Source of the DNA: an uncultured Gemmatimonadales bacterium
Lineage (GTDB): Bacteria > Gemmatimonadota > Gemmatimonadetes > Gemmatimonadales > GWC2-71-9
Assembly: GCA_963698975.1 (NCBI GenBank)
Contig: CAVOSV010000001.1
Span: 98,514 to 162,513 of the forward strand
Direction: 5' to 3'
Length of the DNA stretch: 64,000 nt
In this document: in pieces, positions 32,591-42,975 of the stretch
How positions within the stretch are numbered: position 1 is the stretch's first letter
How the letters are laid out: every line of letters begins with the position of its first letter
Made by a program: the position numbers and the translations under genes
The notes under the pieces: generated by a model
Told to the model about the DNA's origin: nothing
What the model saw: only the letters and a program-made list of their open reading frames with translations
The model's database searches: none

Positions 32591-32748
32591 GAGCCTCCAG
32601 CTCTACCCTTCGGCCTATTCCATCCGGGATAGGCGTTCCTGTTTCCGACACCCTGCTCGACCGAGATCGCAGTCGCCGCCCCGTGGCGCTGCGTTGACGA
32701 TCGACCTCGACGCGCAGGGGACATCCACACTCTACGTCGGAGACATAC

Positions 32749-33437
32749 ATGCGCCGCAGTCTCATGGTTCCGCTCGCCCTGCTTGCGATCGTGAAGTCGC
32801 CTGCAGCGGCCCAGACCTGTCAGGGTATGGCCTCGTTTTCTGCCGGCCAGCTCCAGGTCGCCGGTAACGCCCAGTTCCCCGATGGCGGCAAGGTCTGGGG
32901 CGGCAGCCTGACCTATGGTCTGCCCTCCGGCCTCTACGCTGGTGCCGACCTGTCCAACACCTCTGCTCGACAACGATGGTGGCAGCTCGCTGGGTCTCGG
33001 CGCGCACGCCGGTTACCAGATGAAGCTGGGCCGCACCCAGAAGGTGGCGCTCTGCCCGGTGGCCAACCTGTCTCTCGGCATGGGCCCGGATGACAAGCAG
33101 GCTGATATCAACTCGTCTCAGACTAACGCGAACTTCGGTTTCGCGCTGGGCACCGAGATGGGCGCCAGCCAGCAGATGCGGATCATCCCGACCGCCGGTC
33201 TGGGACTGCAGTACAGCAAGTTCAAGGTCGACCAGGCCGGCGCCACGGTGCTGCGAGGCTTCTGAGACCTACGGCCTGGCCCGTCTCGGCGTCGGCTTCG
33301 TGTTCAACCAGCAGATCTCGGTTCGCCCGACCGTTGACATCCCGGTGGGCTCGGATCTGCAGAACGATCCGACCTTCGGCGTGTCCGTGGGCTATAACTT
33401 CGGCAGCAAGGGCGTCAGCAAGAGCCGCCGCCACTAG
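32749..33437 (+). pseudogene. small outer-membrane beta-barrel protein, paralog 1, two frameshifts
   Basis: Signal peptide plus AAQTCQGMASFSAGQLQVAG in ORF 32749..33093. The middle part is in ORF 32915..33265. The C-terminus ETYGLARLGVGFVFNQQISVRPTVDIPV...VGYNF is in ORF 33090..33437. It is collinear with paralog 2. Shifts are near 32960 and 33258. Confidence 0.65.
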
Positions 33438-33462
33438 TCTCCGCGGTAGCAAGTGTGGTACG

Positions 33463-33497
33463 AACGGGAGCGGCCCAGCCGCTCCCGTTTCGTTTTT
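33463..33497 (+). terminator. intrinsic terminator
   Basis: Perfect 12-bp stem AACGGGAGCGGC / GCCGCTCCCGTT with a 3-nt loop, followed by TCGTTTTT. Confidence 0.7.
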
Positions 33498-33572
33498 GGC
33501 TTCCGCCCGTGTCGATGGTCTGTGTCTTGCTTTAAAAGCCGCAGTCCCCCCTGACACCCTCACGGCACCACC

Positions 33573-34385
33573 ATGCGACGCATGCTCCGACGCATTCTCC
33601 CAGTTTGTCTTGCTCTCGTCCTCACCGCCGCGCCGGCGGTCCGGGCCCAGAGCTGCCAGGGCCTGCCTTCGTTCTCCACCAGTCCACTCCAGGTGACGGG
33701 CGAGGCGTCGCTCACCTGGCATTCGGACGCGCTTGGCGCCGGGCTCAGCTACGGATTTCCTCGGGGGCCTTTCGGCCAGATGAGCGTGGTCAGCCGGACT
33801 CACGAAAACTTCGGCGGATCGTCGGTCGACGTGGGCGGTGCCGCAGGATACGAGATCCCGCTGGGCGCCGAGTCGCGGGTCCACCTCTGCCCGGTGCTGG
33901 CAGGAGCCCTGGAGCTGGGTCCCAACAACGCATTCAACTCGGACGTGAAGCGGCTGCGCCAGTCGGCGCACCTCGGCCTGACGGTGAGCACCGAGCTCAG
34001 GCCGATGCAGCGCTGGAACGTGATTCCGACGTTCGGCCTGGCCTATGCCTACCAGAATGACGAGGCCCAGGACCACGCCGGTACCGTCCTGTTCAAGATC
34101 GCCGATTACTACACGCTGGCCCAATTCGGGGTCGGTCTGGTCTATCAGTCCACGCTGTCACTTCGGCCCTACGTGGATCTCCCGCTCTGGCTTTCCGGCG
34201 GCGAGCCGACGGTCGGGTTGGTGGTGGGGTATGGGCTCGGGAAGGGAGCTGGGAGCTCAGGAACTGGGAGTCGTCCCGGACTCCCCTCGTCCCGACCCCG
34301 CAACTCCCACTTCACCACGCGATCTGCAGAACTCCGCCTTCCGAGATTTCGCCTCGAAGTCAGTCGCCTTCCCATTGCTCCATAA
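33573..34385 (+). CDS. small outer-membrane beta-barrel protein, paralog 2 (3' end doubtful)
   Basis: Signal peptide plus AQSCQGLPSFSTSPLQVTG. Alternating beta-strand pattern runs to ...VGLVVGYGLGKG. The last ~45 codons are Ser/Pro/Arg-rich and read through a hairpin at 34266-34285. Confidence 0.6.
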   Translation: MRRMLRRILPVCLALVLTAAPAVRAQSCQGLPSFSTSPLQVTGEASLTWHSDALGAGLSYGFPRGPFGQMSVVSRTHENFGGSSVDVGGAAGYEIPLGAESRVHLCPVLAGALELGPNNAFNSDVKRLRQSAHLGLTVSTELRPMQRWNVIPTFGLAYAYQNDEAQDHAGTVLFKIADYYTLAQFGVGLVYQSTLSLRPYVDLPLWLSGGEPTVGLVVGYGLGKGAGSSGTGSRPGLPSSRPRNSHFTTRSAELRLPRFRLEVSRLPIAP

Positions 34386-34487
34386 CACCTTAGCGCAACG
34401 AATCGATTGGTCTGCAACTTGCCCTCACCCTCGCGCGGCCACGCGAATGCGGGCGCCGAGTTCCTCGGCACATTTTCTCCAAACAAC

Positions 34488-35046
34488 ATGAGAGGCGACA
34501 TGGGTACACTCCGGGCTACTGGATTCTGCGCGCTCCTCACGGCTGTGCTGGCCACCTCGGCCTTCGCCCAGCAGGCGCAGACGCGGCAAGGGCTGTGGGT
34601 CGGCGGCGGCATGGGCTACGGCTCGCTGGGCCTGACCTGCGATGGCTGTAGCGGCGTCGATCGTGAGGGTGGAGTCAGCGGGTACGCCAAGGTCGGCGGC
34701 ACCCTGCGGCAGAACATCCTCCTGGGCGTCGAGATGAACGGCTGGACCAAGAGCGAGTTCGGCGGTCGGGTGACGATGGGCAACATGTCGGGTGCGGCTT
34801 ACTGGTATCCGATGCCGACCCAGGGCCTCTTCATCAAGGCCGGCGCCGGCTACTCGGTGCTCTCGGTGGACGATGGGATCAGCACCGCCGACGATTCCGG
34901 CTTCGGGCTGCTCGGCGGCCTGGGTTACGACGTCCGGGTGGGCAAGAACCTGTCGATCACTCCGGTCGCGAACTACTTCCGCGGCGCGTTCGATGGGCGG
35001 CTCCGCCAACGTGCTGCAGCTCGGCGTGGGCGTAACCTCGCACTAA
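34488..35046 (+). pseudogene. outer-membrane beta-barrel domain protein (third barrel gene), one frameshift near the 3' end
   Basis: MRGDMGTLRATGFCALLTAVLATSAFAQQ signal, then GLWVGGGMGYGSLG...GLGYDVRVGKNLSITPVANYFRGAFDG. SANVLQLGVGVTSH-stop follows in the frame of ORF 34792..35046. The shift is near 34995. Confidence 0.65.
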
Positions 35047-35125
35047 GCACGATCACAGTCGAAGGCCGGCCCTGACGGGGGCCGGTAACAGCGCCAGCGG
35101 GGGGATCACAGGAAGACCTGGTCCT

Positions 35126-35161
35126 CCCGCTCACGCTTTTGTTTTTCCCGCTCACGCTTTT
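35126..35161 (+). promoter_or_regulatory. two copies of a 15-nt box CCCGCTCACGCTTTT spaced 21 bp apart, upstream of osmC-like gene
   Basis: Exact copies at 35126-35140 and 35147-35161. The second ends 10 nt before the ATG at 35172. Confidence 0.35.
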
Positions 35162-35171
35162 ATTTCCCCTC

Positions 35172-35699
35172 ATGGACTCATCCCAGCTCAAGAATCTTCA
35201 GGCGCCGCTGAAGCAGAAGTACAAGGACGACCCATCCAGCGCGGTGGTGACTCTGAAGGCAAGCGGCCGGCTGGATGCGCCCGGGGTGAGCTGCCGAGTG
35301 GAGACGGGGCAAGCTCTGGTCGAGGCGGGACTGCATCCAGCCACGGGTGGAACCGGTCTTCAGGCCTGCTCGGGCGACATGCTGCTCGAGGCACTGGCCG
35401 CCTGCGCCGGGGTGACGCTCCGCGCGGTGGCCACCGCGCTGGAGATTCCGGTCCGGGGCGGCACGGTCGAGGTCGAGGGCGATCTGGATTTCCGGGGAAC
35501 CCTCGGCGTGAGCAAGGAGGCAGCGGTGGGCTTCGGGGAGATCCGGCTCCGGCTCAACCTCGACTCCGACGCCTCGCCCGATCAGCTGGCCACCCTGCAC
35601 AAGCTCACCGAGCGCTACTGCGTGGTGCTGCAGACCCTCAAGTCATCACCCGCCATCGCGACCGAAGTGACAACAGCATCAGGTTTGAAGTCGCGCTGA
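35172..35699 (+). CDS. OsmC family peroxiredoxin-like protein
   Basis: GLHPATGGTGLQACSGDMLLEALAACAG...LHKLTERYCVVLQTL carries the two conserved Cys regions of OsmC/Ohr. Confidence 0.85.
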   Translation: MDSSQLKNLQAPLKQKYKDDPSSAVVTLKASGRLDAPGVSCRVETGQALVEAGLHPATGGTGLQACSGDMLLEALAACAGVTLRAVATALEIPVRGGTVEVEGDLDFRGTLGVSKEAAVGFGEIRLRLNLDSDASPDQLATLHKLTERYCVVLQTLKSSPAIATEVTTASGLKSR

Positions 35700-35724
35700 T
35701 TGGGTAAGCGGAGCGATCGTGCAG

Positions 35725-37730
35725 TTATCTGCGTCGGGGACCCGCCTGCGGCGGGTGCGTTGCGGCAACGTTTTTCTGCTTTCCAGCTAGATCTCTCTCC
35801 TTACTAATCCCTTCCCAGGCGGTATAGGCCGAATCGAGCTCGGCTCGGGCAATCTCGAGCTCGCGGCCGAGCTGCTGCGCCTCGAGCACGCCGTCCTTGG
35901 TGGTATACAATGCGGGATCTTCCAGCCGGGCTCTGATCGAAGCCACCCGCTCCTCGCAGGCGCTCACCCGCACCTCGGCCTCCTCCAGGACTTTCCGCGA
36001 GTCTCGCTTGGACGACGCTTCGCGTTTGCGGGTGTTCTCGCTCCGGCGGGTCTGCTTCCGCTCGTGCACCCGCCGGAGCGACTCCTCCTCCGCAGCCGCC
36101 ACCCGCGCCGCGTGAGCGCGCTCGGTGCTGGCCTGCTCCCACTCCTCGAACCCGCCCGGGTAGTCCACGATCCTCGACTCGTGCAGCACCCAGGTTCTGG
36201 TGGTGAGGCCGCGGAGCAGAGCCCGGTCGTGGCTCACCAGGATCACCGTGCCCTCGAACGCCTCGATCGCGTCCTCCAGCGCCTCGATCGATTCCACGTC
36301 GAGATGGTTGGTGGGCTCGTCGAACACCAGGAGGTTGGCCGAGCTGAGCATCATCATGGCCAGCGCTACCCGGGCGCGCTCACCGCCGGAGAGACTGCCG
36401 GCTTTCCGAAGCACGCTGTCGCCGGAGAAGCCGAAGCGGCCGAGGTGGCCCTGAATGGCGCCGCGGTTCCAGCTAGGCCGAAGATCGTTGATCAGGTCGT
36501 AGAGCGAGCGGTCGGAGGGAACCTGGGCCAGGTCCTGACGGTAGTGGGCGATCTGGACCGAGGGAGGGATCCGCACCTCGCCTCCGTCGGGCGGACGCTC
36601 GCCCACCATGCAGCGGATGAGCGTGGTCTTCCCCGCCCCGTTCGGTCCGACCAGTCCGACCACATCGCCCCGGCGAACCGTGGCCGAGAAGTCGTGCAGC
36701 AGCACCCGCTCGCCGATGGCAACCCGCACGCGCTCCAGCAGCAGCGCCTGATCCCCACCCCGGGCGGCCGGCTCCAGCCGCAGCGCCATGGTGCCATCCG
36801 CTCCGGTGGGCTCGCTCAGCCGGCTCACCCGCTCCAGACGGCGCCGGCGCCCCTTCGCTTGGGCGCTGTTCTGTCCGGCGATGTTGCGGCGGATGAAGTC
36901 CTCCTGCGACGCGATTGCCCGGGACTGCTTGTCGAACGCGCGCTGCTGGGTCAGCCGCCGCTCGGCCCGCTGGCGCGAGGAAGTTCTCGTAGTCACCGGT
37001 GTAGGTGAAAACGGTGCCGGCCTCGAGGTGCAGCACGTGGTCGACCACCGCCTGAAGGAACACCCGGTCATGGCTGATGAGGAGCACCGTGGCGTCGAGA
37101 CCTGGCGAGATACTCCTCCAGCCAGCGGGTGGTCTCGAGGTCGAGGTGGTTGGTTGGCTCGTCCAGCAGGAGCACGTCGGCCGGGCTCACCAGCTGCTGC
37201 ACCAGGCCCAGCCGGCCCCGCTCGCCTCCGCTCAGCCCGCTGAGGGACTGGGTGCGAGCCTGGTCCGGATCGAAGCCCAGGCCGTGCAGCACCGCATCGA
37301 TCCGGGGAGCCAGGGTGTAGCCGCCATCGCGCTCGAACCGCTCCAGGTCGCGATCGTAGCGCGACAGCATCTCCGGGGTGCAGCGATCTCCCGCCTGGGC
37401 CAGCGCCTCACCCTGCCGCGCCAGCGACCGCTCCAGCTCCAGCAGCTCGGCGAAGTGTCCCGCCGCTGCTTCCCAGACCGTGCTCGCTCCCGGAAACTCC
37501 CGGTGCTGGTCCATCAGCGACACCCGAAGCCCTCCGCCCCGCGCCACCGTTCCGCGGGTGGGCTCGGCCTGGCCCGCGATCAGGCCGAACAGCGTGGTCT
37601 TGCCGCTGCCGTTCCGCCCGATGATCCCCCACTTCTCTCCCCGGGTGACCGTAAAGGTCACGTCCTGGAAGAGACGGGTCGCTCCGAATTCGACGGCCAC
37701 TCCCGAGAGCGAGAGCTGGGTCACGAGCAC
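35725..37730 (-). pseudogene. ABC-F family ATPase (two ABC domains plus linker), two frameshifts
   Basis: Domain 1 (GRNGSGKTT, LSGGERGRL, LLLDEPTNHLD) is in ORF 37068..37730. LLISHDRVFL is in ORF 36473..37087. The linker, domain 2 (GPNGAGKTT, LSGGERARV, LVFDEPTNHLD) and the coiled-coil tail are in ORF 35725..37071. Shifts are near 37080 and 36975. Confidence 0.85.
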
Positions 37731-37806
37731 TCCGATGCCGATTGGAATTCAATGAGGTGCGGTGCGGAAAGTAATACTGAGGCGGAACCCGGGGAACCTG
37801 GCGATT

Positions 37807-40596
37807 TCAGAACTGAACGGTCGCCAGGTTGGAGCACACGGTCTTCCCGGTCTCGCAAATCTTGAAGGTGTAGTTCGAGGCGCCCGGCAGCAGGCGAGAG
37901 TTGGTCCACCGCCCGTCGTTGACCTGTGCCATCAGGAACTTCCCATCCTGGTACACGTCCACGTTGGTTCCCTTGGCGCCGCTCCAGGCGAGCATCATGT
38001 ACTGCCTGGTGGCGTCCACCTGGGCGTGACGTTGAGCACGATGCCGCTGGTGGCGACGGTGATCGCCGCGGTGGACGTGCCGGTGGCGCCCTTGTTGTCG
38101 GTGGCCGTCTGGGTCACAGTGTAGGTGCCGGCGCTCGCGTAGGTCTTGCTCAGACTCCGCACGCTCGAGCTGGTGCCGTTCCCGAACGTCCATCTCCAGG
38201 ACGCAATGGTGCCATCCGGATCGACGCTCTGATCGTTGAACCGGCAGGTGAGCCCCGTGCAGAGCGCCACGAAAGCAGCGCGCGGCGCCAGGTTCGAGGA
38301 CGGAGCAGTCACCGTCACCGATGCAGACTTTTCGTTGGTGGCCCCGTCGTCATCGGTGGCCTGCAGCGTCACCGTATAGGTCCCGCCTGCGGTGTAGGTG
38401 TGGCTTGGATTCTTCACCGTTTCAGTCCTGCCGTCGCCGAAGCTCCAGGCTCCAGCCGGTCACCAGACCGTCTCCGTCGGTGCTGCCGTCGGTGAAGCTA
38501 CAGGTGAGTCCGCTGCAGGTCTGGCTGAACTGCGCGGTGGGCGCGCTGTTGGGCGGGGGAGGTCCGATCGTCACCGTATGGGTGACTGCATTCGTCGCCC
38601 CATCGTCGTCGGTGGTGGTGAGGGTTACCTGGAACGATCCCTCAGCCCCGTAGGTGTGCTGAGGGTTGGCCACGTCTGCCGTGGCGTCATCGCCGAAGTT
38701 CCAGCTCCACGCGGTCACCTGTCCGTCCGCGTCGGTGCTGGCATCGTGGAAGCTGCAGTCGAATCCGGTGCACTCCTGGGTGAACGACGCCACCGGCGGA
38801 GCGTTGAGCGGCGGCTGGGGATCGCCCACCTGGCCAACCTTCACGATCTTGGCTACCGACGGCACGCCGCTCCCGTTCAGCAGGAAGAGCATGTAATGCC
38901 CTGGAGGCGCCAGGTTGGGGTTGCCTGGGGCTGAAATGCTGAGACCGCCCGCGATCCGGCTGAACGACAGCCACTCGAACCGCTGGCCCATGTCGAATGC
39001 GTGGGTCACCGAGCCGAGCCGGATCAGGCTCACCTTGCTGATGTCGGCCGCGTCCGGCGTCCCCACCTGGAATGAGGCGTCGTACCCGATGGCGTCGGGC
39101 GCCGAGCTGATCACCGGGCGCGGCCCCTGGAACAGATAAGGCGGCGAGAACAGTTCGGCGTTCCGCTGATCGGGACCCGATTCGCCGCTGCCGGCGTGCA
39201 GCACGCGGCCGTCGGGCAGGAGGATAGAGGTGGAGTGATAGATCCGGTCGATCGAGTTGCTGGCCAGCCGGGTCCAGATGCCGGTTTGCGGGTTCCACAA
39301 CTCAGCGGCGTGCACGGCCAGGGTGCAGATCGTTGAATGCCGTGCCGCCGGTGCCACCGGTCGCCAGCACCTCTCCAGTGGGCAACACCGTCGCATTCAG
39401 GTGCCGCCGCGGGAAAGCCATCGACCCGGTCCACTGCCACCGGGGCGACTGCGGAGGTGAGATCGATGATCTCGGCGGTGTTGGTGGTGTAGCCGCCGCC
39501 GACGTAGATCACCTTGCCCGGTTCGTACATCACCGCCGAGCCGTAGGACCGTGCGCCGTACAGCCGGGGGGCCACCACGGCTCCAGGTGCCGGTGCCGGT
39601 TGGGTCGAGGTAGCGGCTGGTGGCCGTCTCGGCCACGAAGATCTTGCCGTTGGGGGCCACGAATGAGCGGGGATACAAGCGGCAGCGCCAGCGGAGTGAG
39701 CACGTGGGTTGCCCCGTTCGACCAGACCTCCGGGTACTGCACCGAAGCACCCGTGCCGTCCTTGCCGGAAAAGATCACCACGTCGCCGTTGGGCATGGCC
39801 ACGTTGGTGGGATACCACCGGGCGTAGTGCATCGGCGCCGAGCGCGACCAGCTCTGTGAGACCGGGTCGAAGATGGTGATGTCGGGTATGCCGTTGAGCG
39901 ACCACGTTGGCGTCGTTGTTGCCGCCGGTCACCAGCACCCGCCCGTCGGGCAGCAAGGAATGTCCGGAGCAGAAGATGACGGCCGGCGCGGGTACCGCGC
40001 TGAACTGTCCGGTGGCAGGGTCCCACAACTGCGGTGGATCGGAGAAGCCCCAGGAGAGAACCTTGCCGTCGGGAAGCAGACTCACGTGAACGGCGATGTC
40101 GTTCCAGGGAAACGGCGCGCTCCATTCTCCCATGGATGCGCTGGTTGCGCCCTCCGCAAATGAGGCGGACGAGGGAGCCGGTCCGCAGGCCCGGTCGAGA
40201 TTGTTGCGGCGAGTCTCGAGATCGTCGCCCTGATACAGCTCCACCGCGCCGCGCTCCACCGTCTCCACTTCGGTCTCGCTGTAGCCTTCGTCGTCTATGG
40301 AAGCAGGTGGCAGGGTGAGGCTTCCGCTCTCGTCGCTGCCCACCACGTGATAGGTGACCCGAACTACGTCGCGGGTTTGGTTGGTGGCGAGGAACTTGTT
40401 GCCGCAGATGTACACCAGATCGATGGGGCCGAGCGGCCCATCGTGCTCCCCCCGGCTTACGGGAGGGGCCGTGCGAGCCGGAGGGGGCCTGAGCGCTGTC
40501 CAGGCAACCGAGAAGCAAAGCGCCCGCGGCAAGGGAAGCCGTGAGGGCTGACCGATGAGAACGGATTACCGACTCCGCTTGTAATTGGGTGATCAC
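37807..40596 (-). pseudogene. secreted galactose-oxidase/glyoxal-oxidase-like protein (Kelch propeller plus DUF1929-like) with three PKD domains and a C-terminal beta-domain; about eight frameshifts
   Basis: Lipoprotein-like signal (GTG 40596). Propeller pieces WNDIAVHVSLLPDGKVL, HYARWYPTNVAMPNGDVVIFSG, YPRSFVAPNGKIFV, YGSAVMYEPGKVIYVGGG, FPRRHLNATVLPTGEVLATGG and RIYHSTSILLPDGRVLHAGSG are in alternating frames. PKD signatures follow (SWSWNFGDD...HTYGAEGSFQVTLTTTDDDGATN, three times). Shifts are near 40450 (C6 run), 39897, 39690, 39585, 39443, 39326, 38449 and 38028. Confidence 0.75.
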
Positions 40597-40725
40597 CCGG
40601 CCGTGACGAGCACCGGTCGCTCAATAGTCACCTCTGGTCCCGGTTGCGCCAGACCCGGGAAGAATCCAGCGTTGGGGGGGCCGCGCTGCAAGGAATGGCA
40701 GTCAGTCCGCGGCTGATGGTTCCTT

Positions 40726-41073
40726 CTATCGACTGGTCCATTCCCGCCAGACATTCTCCGCGTCACCAATAGTCAGCTGAGAGCCGTTTCGCACCAGCGG
40801 CATCCGGAGCAGCAGTGGTTCGGCCACCAGCTTGTCTCGCCAGCGCTCCGGGCCGAGCTGGGCGGCGGCGAGACCGAGATCGGCGAAGCGGCGAGAAGAG
40901 CGGTCGATCAACGCCTCGATCCCGAACTTCTGGATGAAGCGGTTCAGCTCCCCCGGTGACGCCGGCCTCTCGATTAAATCCACGAAATGCGTCTTGACCC
41001 GCCGCTCGGCAAAGAAGCGGAGGGCCTTTCGGGTGTCGGCGCTCTTCTTGACTCCGAAGATCTGCACTTCCAT
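40726..41073 (-). CDS. ArsC/Spx/YffB family protein
   Basis: 115 aa. MEVQIFGVKKSADTRKALRFFAERRV...LLRMPLV matches the ArsC-family fold. The N-terminal Cys position is Lys/Ser here. Confidence 0.7.
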   Translation of the reverse strand: MEVQIFGVKKSADTRKALRFFAERRVKTHFVDLIERPASPGELNRFIQKFGIEALIDRSSRRFADLGLAAAQLGPERWRDKLVAEPLLLRMPLVRNGSQLTIGDAENVWREWTSR

Positions 41074-41121
41074 CGGCGAGAATCTACCTGTGGCGTGCCG
41101 TCCGAGGCATTAGGATAGGTC

Positions 41122-42975
41122 ATGGACTGGCGCAAGCTCCCCCGGCGCGCTCACATCCGGGCCGTTCGCATCGTGGTTACTCCGGCTCGCGCGGCGCGGG
41201 GCACCTGGTATGCGGTGGTAGACCAGTTCAACGCCCTGGGCCTGAGCGAGAACGCGATCCTGCTGGGTTTCGGCGTGGCGGTGGGACTGGCCGGCGCGTT
41301 CGGGGTGGTGGCCTTCTACAAGCTGATCGACCTCGCCTTCGGCGTGTTCTACCGCTGGCCCGCGACCTTCATTTCCCGCACCGCCTTCCTGGCTTACCGG
41401 CCTCTCATCACCGCCGCCGGCTTCGTCACCGCCTGGTGGATGATGCGCCGGCTGGGTCGGGGGCACGAGGGGCTCAACGTCCCCGACGTGCAACGCGCGG
41501 TGGCCCGGCGAGGCGGAGACGTGCCGACCATGCCGGCGCTGGCCCGCACCGCGGCAAGCGCCATCACGATCGGCAGCGGCGGCTCGGCCGGGAGCGAAGG
41601 TCCGGTTGCCGTACTGGGCGCCGCGGCCGGCTCGTTGCTGGGCCGGATTTTTCGGTTCGAGGGAAACCGGGTGAAGGTGCTGGTGGGCGCCGGCGCGGCC
41701 GCGGGAATTTCGGCGGCGTTCAACGCTCCGCTAGCGGGGGCTTTCTTCGCGCTGGAAGAGATCCTGGGCAGCTTCACCGCCAGCGCCTTTCCGGCAGTGG
41801 TGGTGAGCAGCGTAATCGCAGCAGTGGTCTCCCGCGCCTTCTTCGGCAATCACCCGGCATTCCCCATCCCCGCCGAGTACGGCTACACCCTGCTGCGCGA
41901 GCTGCTGCTGTTCTATCCCATCCTCGGCGTGCTGGCCGGGCTCGCGTCGGCGCTCTTCGTGTGGACCTATTTCCGGACCGACGAGTGGGTGCGGCGGCTG
42001 CCGCTGTCGCCCTATGTAGTGCCGGTATTGGGAGGCCTGCTGGTGGGCGCGCTGGTGTATCTCTCCGGCGGAATTCTGGTGGGCTACGGCCACCTGGCGG
42101 TGCATCTCGAGGTGTTCGGCCGGATGGCCTGGTGGGCGCTGGCCCTGCTGGCGCTGGGCAAGATTGTGGCGACCTCGCTCACCTTGAACACCGGTGGCTC
42201 AGGCGGCGTCTTCACCCCGTCGCTCTACATCGGCGCGGCTACCGGCGGATCGTTCGGGGTGGCGATCTCCGGACTCTTCCCCGCCCTGCACCTGCACCCG
42301 GAGGCGTTCGCGCTAGTGGGAATGGGCGCGCTGGTGGCGGGCGCAACCGACGCGCCGATCACCGGGATCCTGATCGTGTTCGAGATGACCAACGACTACG
42401 CCATCGTGCTGCCGCTGATGCTGGCGACGGTCATCTCCCACTACGTGGCCCGTCGGCTGGAGCCCGATTCCTTATATAGTGGCTGGCTCCGGCGCCGGGG
42501 CGAGAACCTGGAGCACGGCACTGACCGCGACGTGCTCAACGCGCTGACGGTGGGAGATGCCTACGAGAGCGCGCCGGTGGTGTTCGGGCCGACCGATTCG
42601 GTGGCCCAGATGCTGGATCAGCTGGGCTCAGGTGAGCAGTCAACGTTTCCCGTGGTGAACGGCGACGGAACTCTGCTCGGCGTGGTAACTACCGCGCAGC
42701 TGGGCCGGATCGCCCGGGACCAGCACGCGCTGGCGCCGATACTGATCGCGGCCGACGTGGCCAGCCCCACCGAGACGGTCACTCCGGCCGATCACCTGCA
42801 GGAGGCAATCAGGCGGCTGGGAGTGCGCGGCGCCGCGGCGTTGCCGGTGGTGCAGCCGGAGGGCGGGCGGCTGCTGGGATTGGTGACCCGCTCGCACATC
42901 CTGGCGCTCTATGAAAAGACGCTCAGTGCGGGCGAGTCGGGGGTGGCTAGCGGGCGGGCCGATCTCCATCGCTGA
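41122..42975 (+). CDS. ClC family voltage-gated chloride channel with C-terminal CBS pair
   Basis: 617 aa. Selectivity motifs GSGGSAGSEGP, GAFFALEE and GGVFTPS, followed by two CBS-like repeats. Confidence 0.9.
   Translation: MDWRKLPRRAHIRAVRIVVTPARAARGTWYAVVDQFNALGLSENAILLGFGVAVGLAGAFGVVAFYKLIDLAFGVFYRWPATFISRTAFLAYRPLITAAGFVTAWWMMRRLGRGHEGLNVPDVQRAVARRGGDVPTMPALARTAASAITIGSGGSAGSEGPVAVLGAAAGSLLGRIFRFEGNRVKVLVGAGAAAGISAAFNAPLAGAFFALEEILGSFTASAFPAVVVSSVIAAVVSRAFFGNHPAFPIPAEYGYTLLRELLLFYPILGVLAGLASALFVWTYFRTDEWVRRLPLSPYVVPVLGGLLVGALVYLSGGILVGYGHLAVHLEVFGRMAWWALALLALGKIVATSLTLNTGGSGGVFTPSLYIGAATGGSFGVAISGLFPALHLHPEAFALVGMGALVAGATDAPITGILIVFEMTNDYAIVLPLMLATVISHYVARRLEPDSLYSGWLRRRGENLEHGTDRDVLNALTVGDAYESAPVVFGPTDSVAQMLDQLGSGEQSTFPVVNGDGTLLGVVTTAQLGRIARDQHALAPILIAADVASPTETVTPADHLQEAIRRLGVRGAAALPVVQPEGGRLLGLVTRSHILALYEKTLSAGESGVASGRADLHR

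Noticed and set aside
41074-41121. Fluoride (crcB-motif) riboswitch upstream of the ClC channel gene
   Set aside because: The spacer is only 48 nt and lacks the conserved motif blocks. The channel has CBS domains and canonical chloride-type selectivity motifs, so it is not a fluoride-type ClC.
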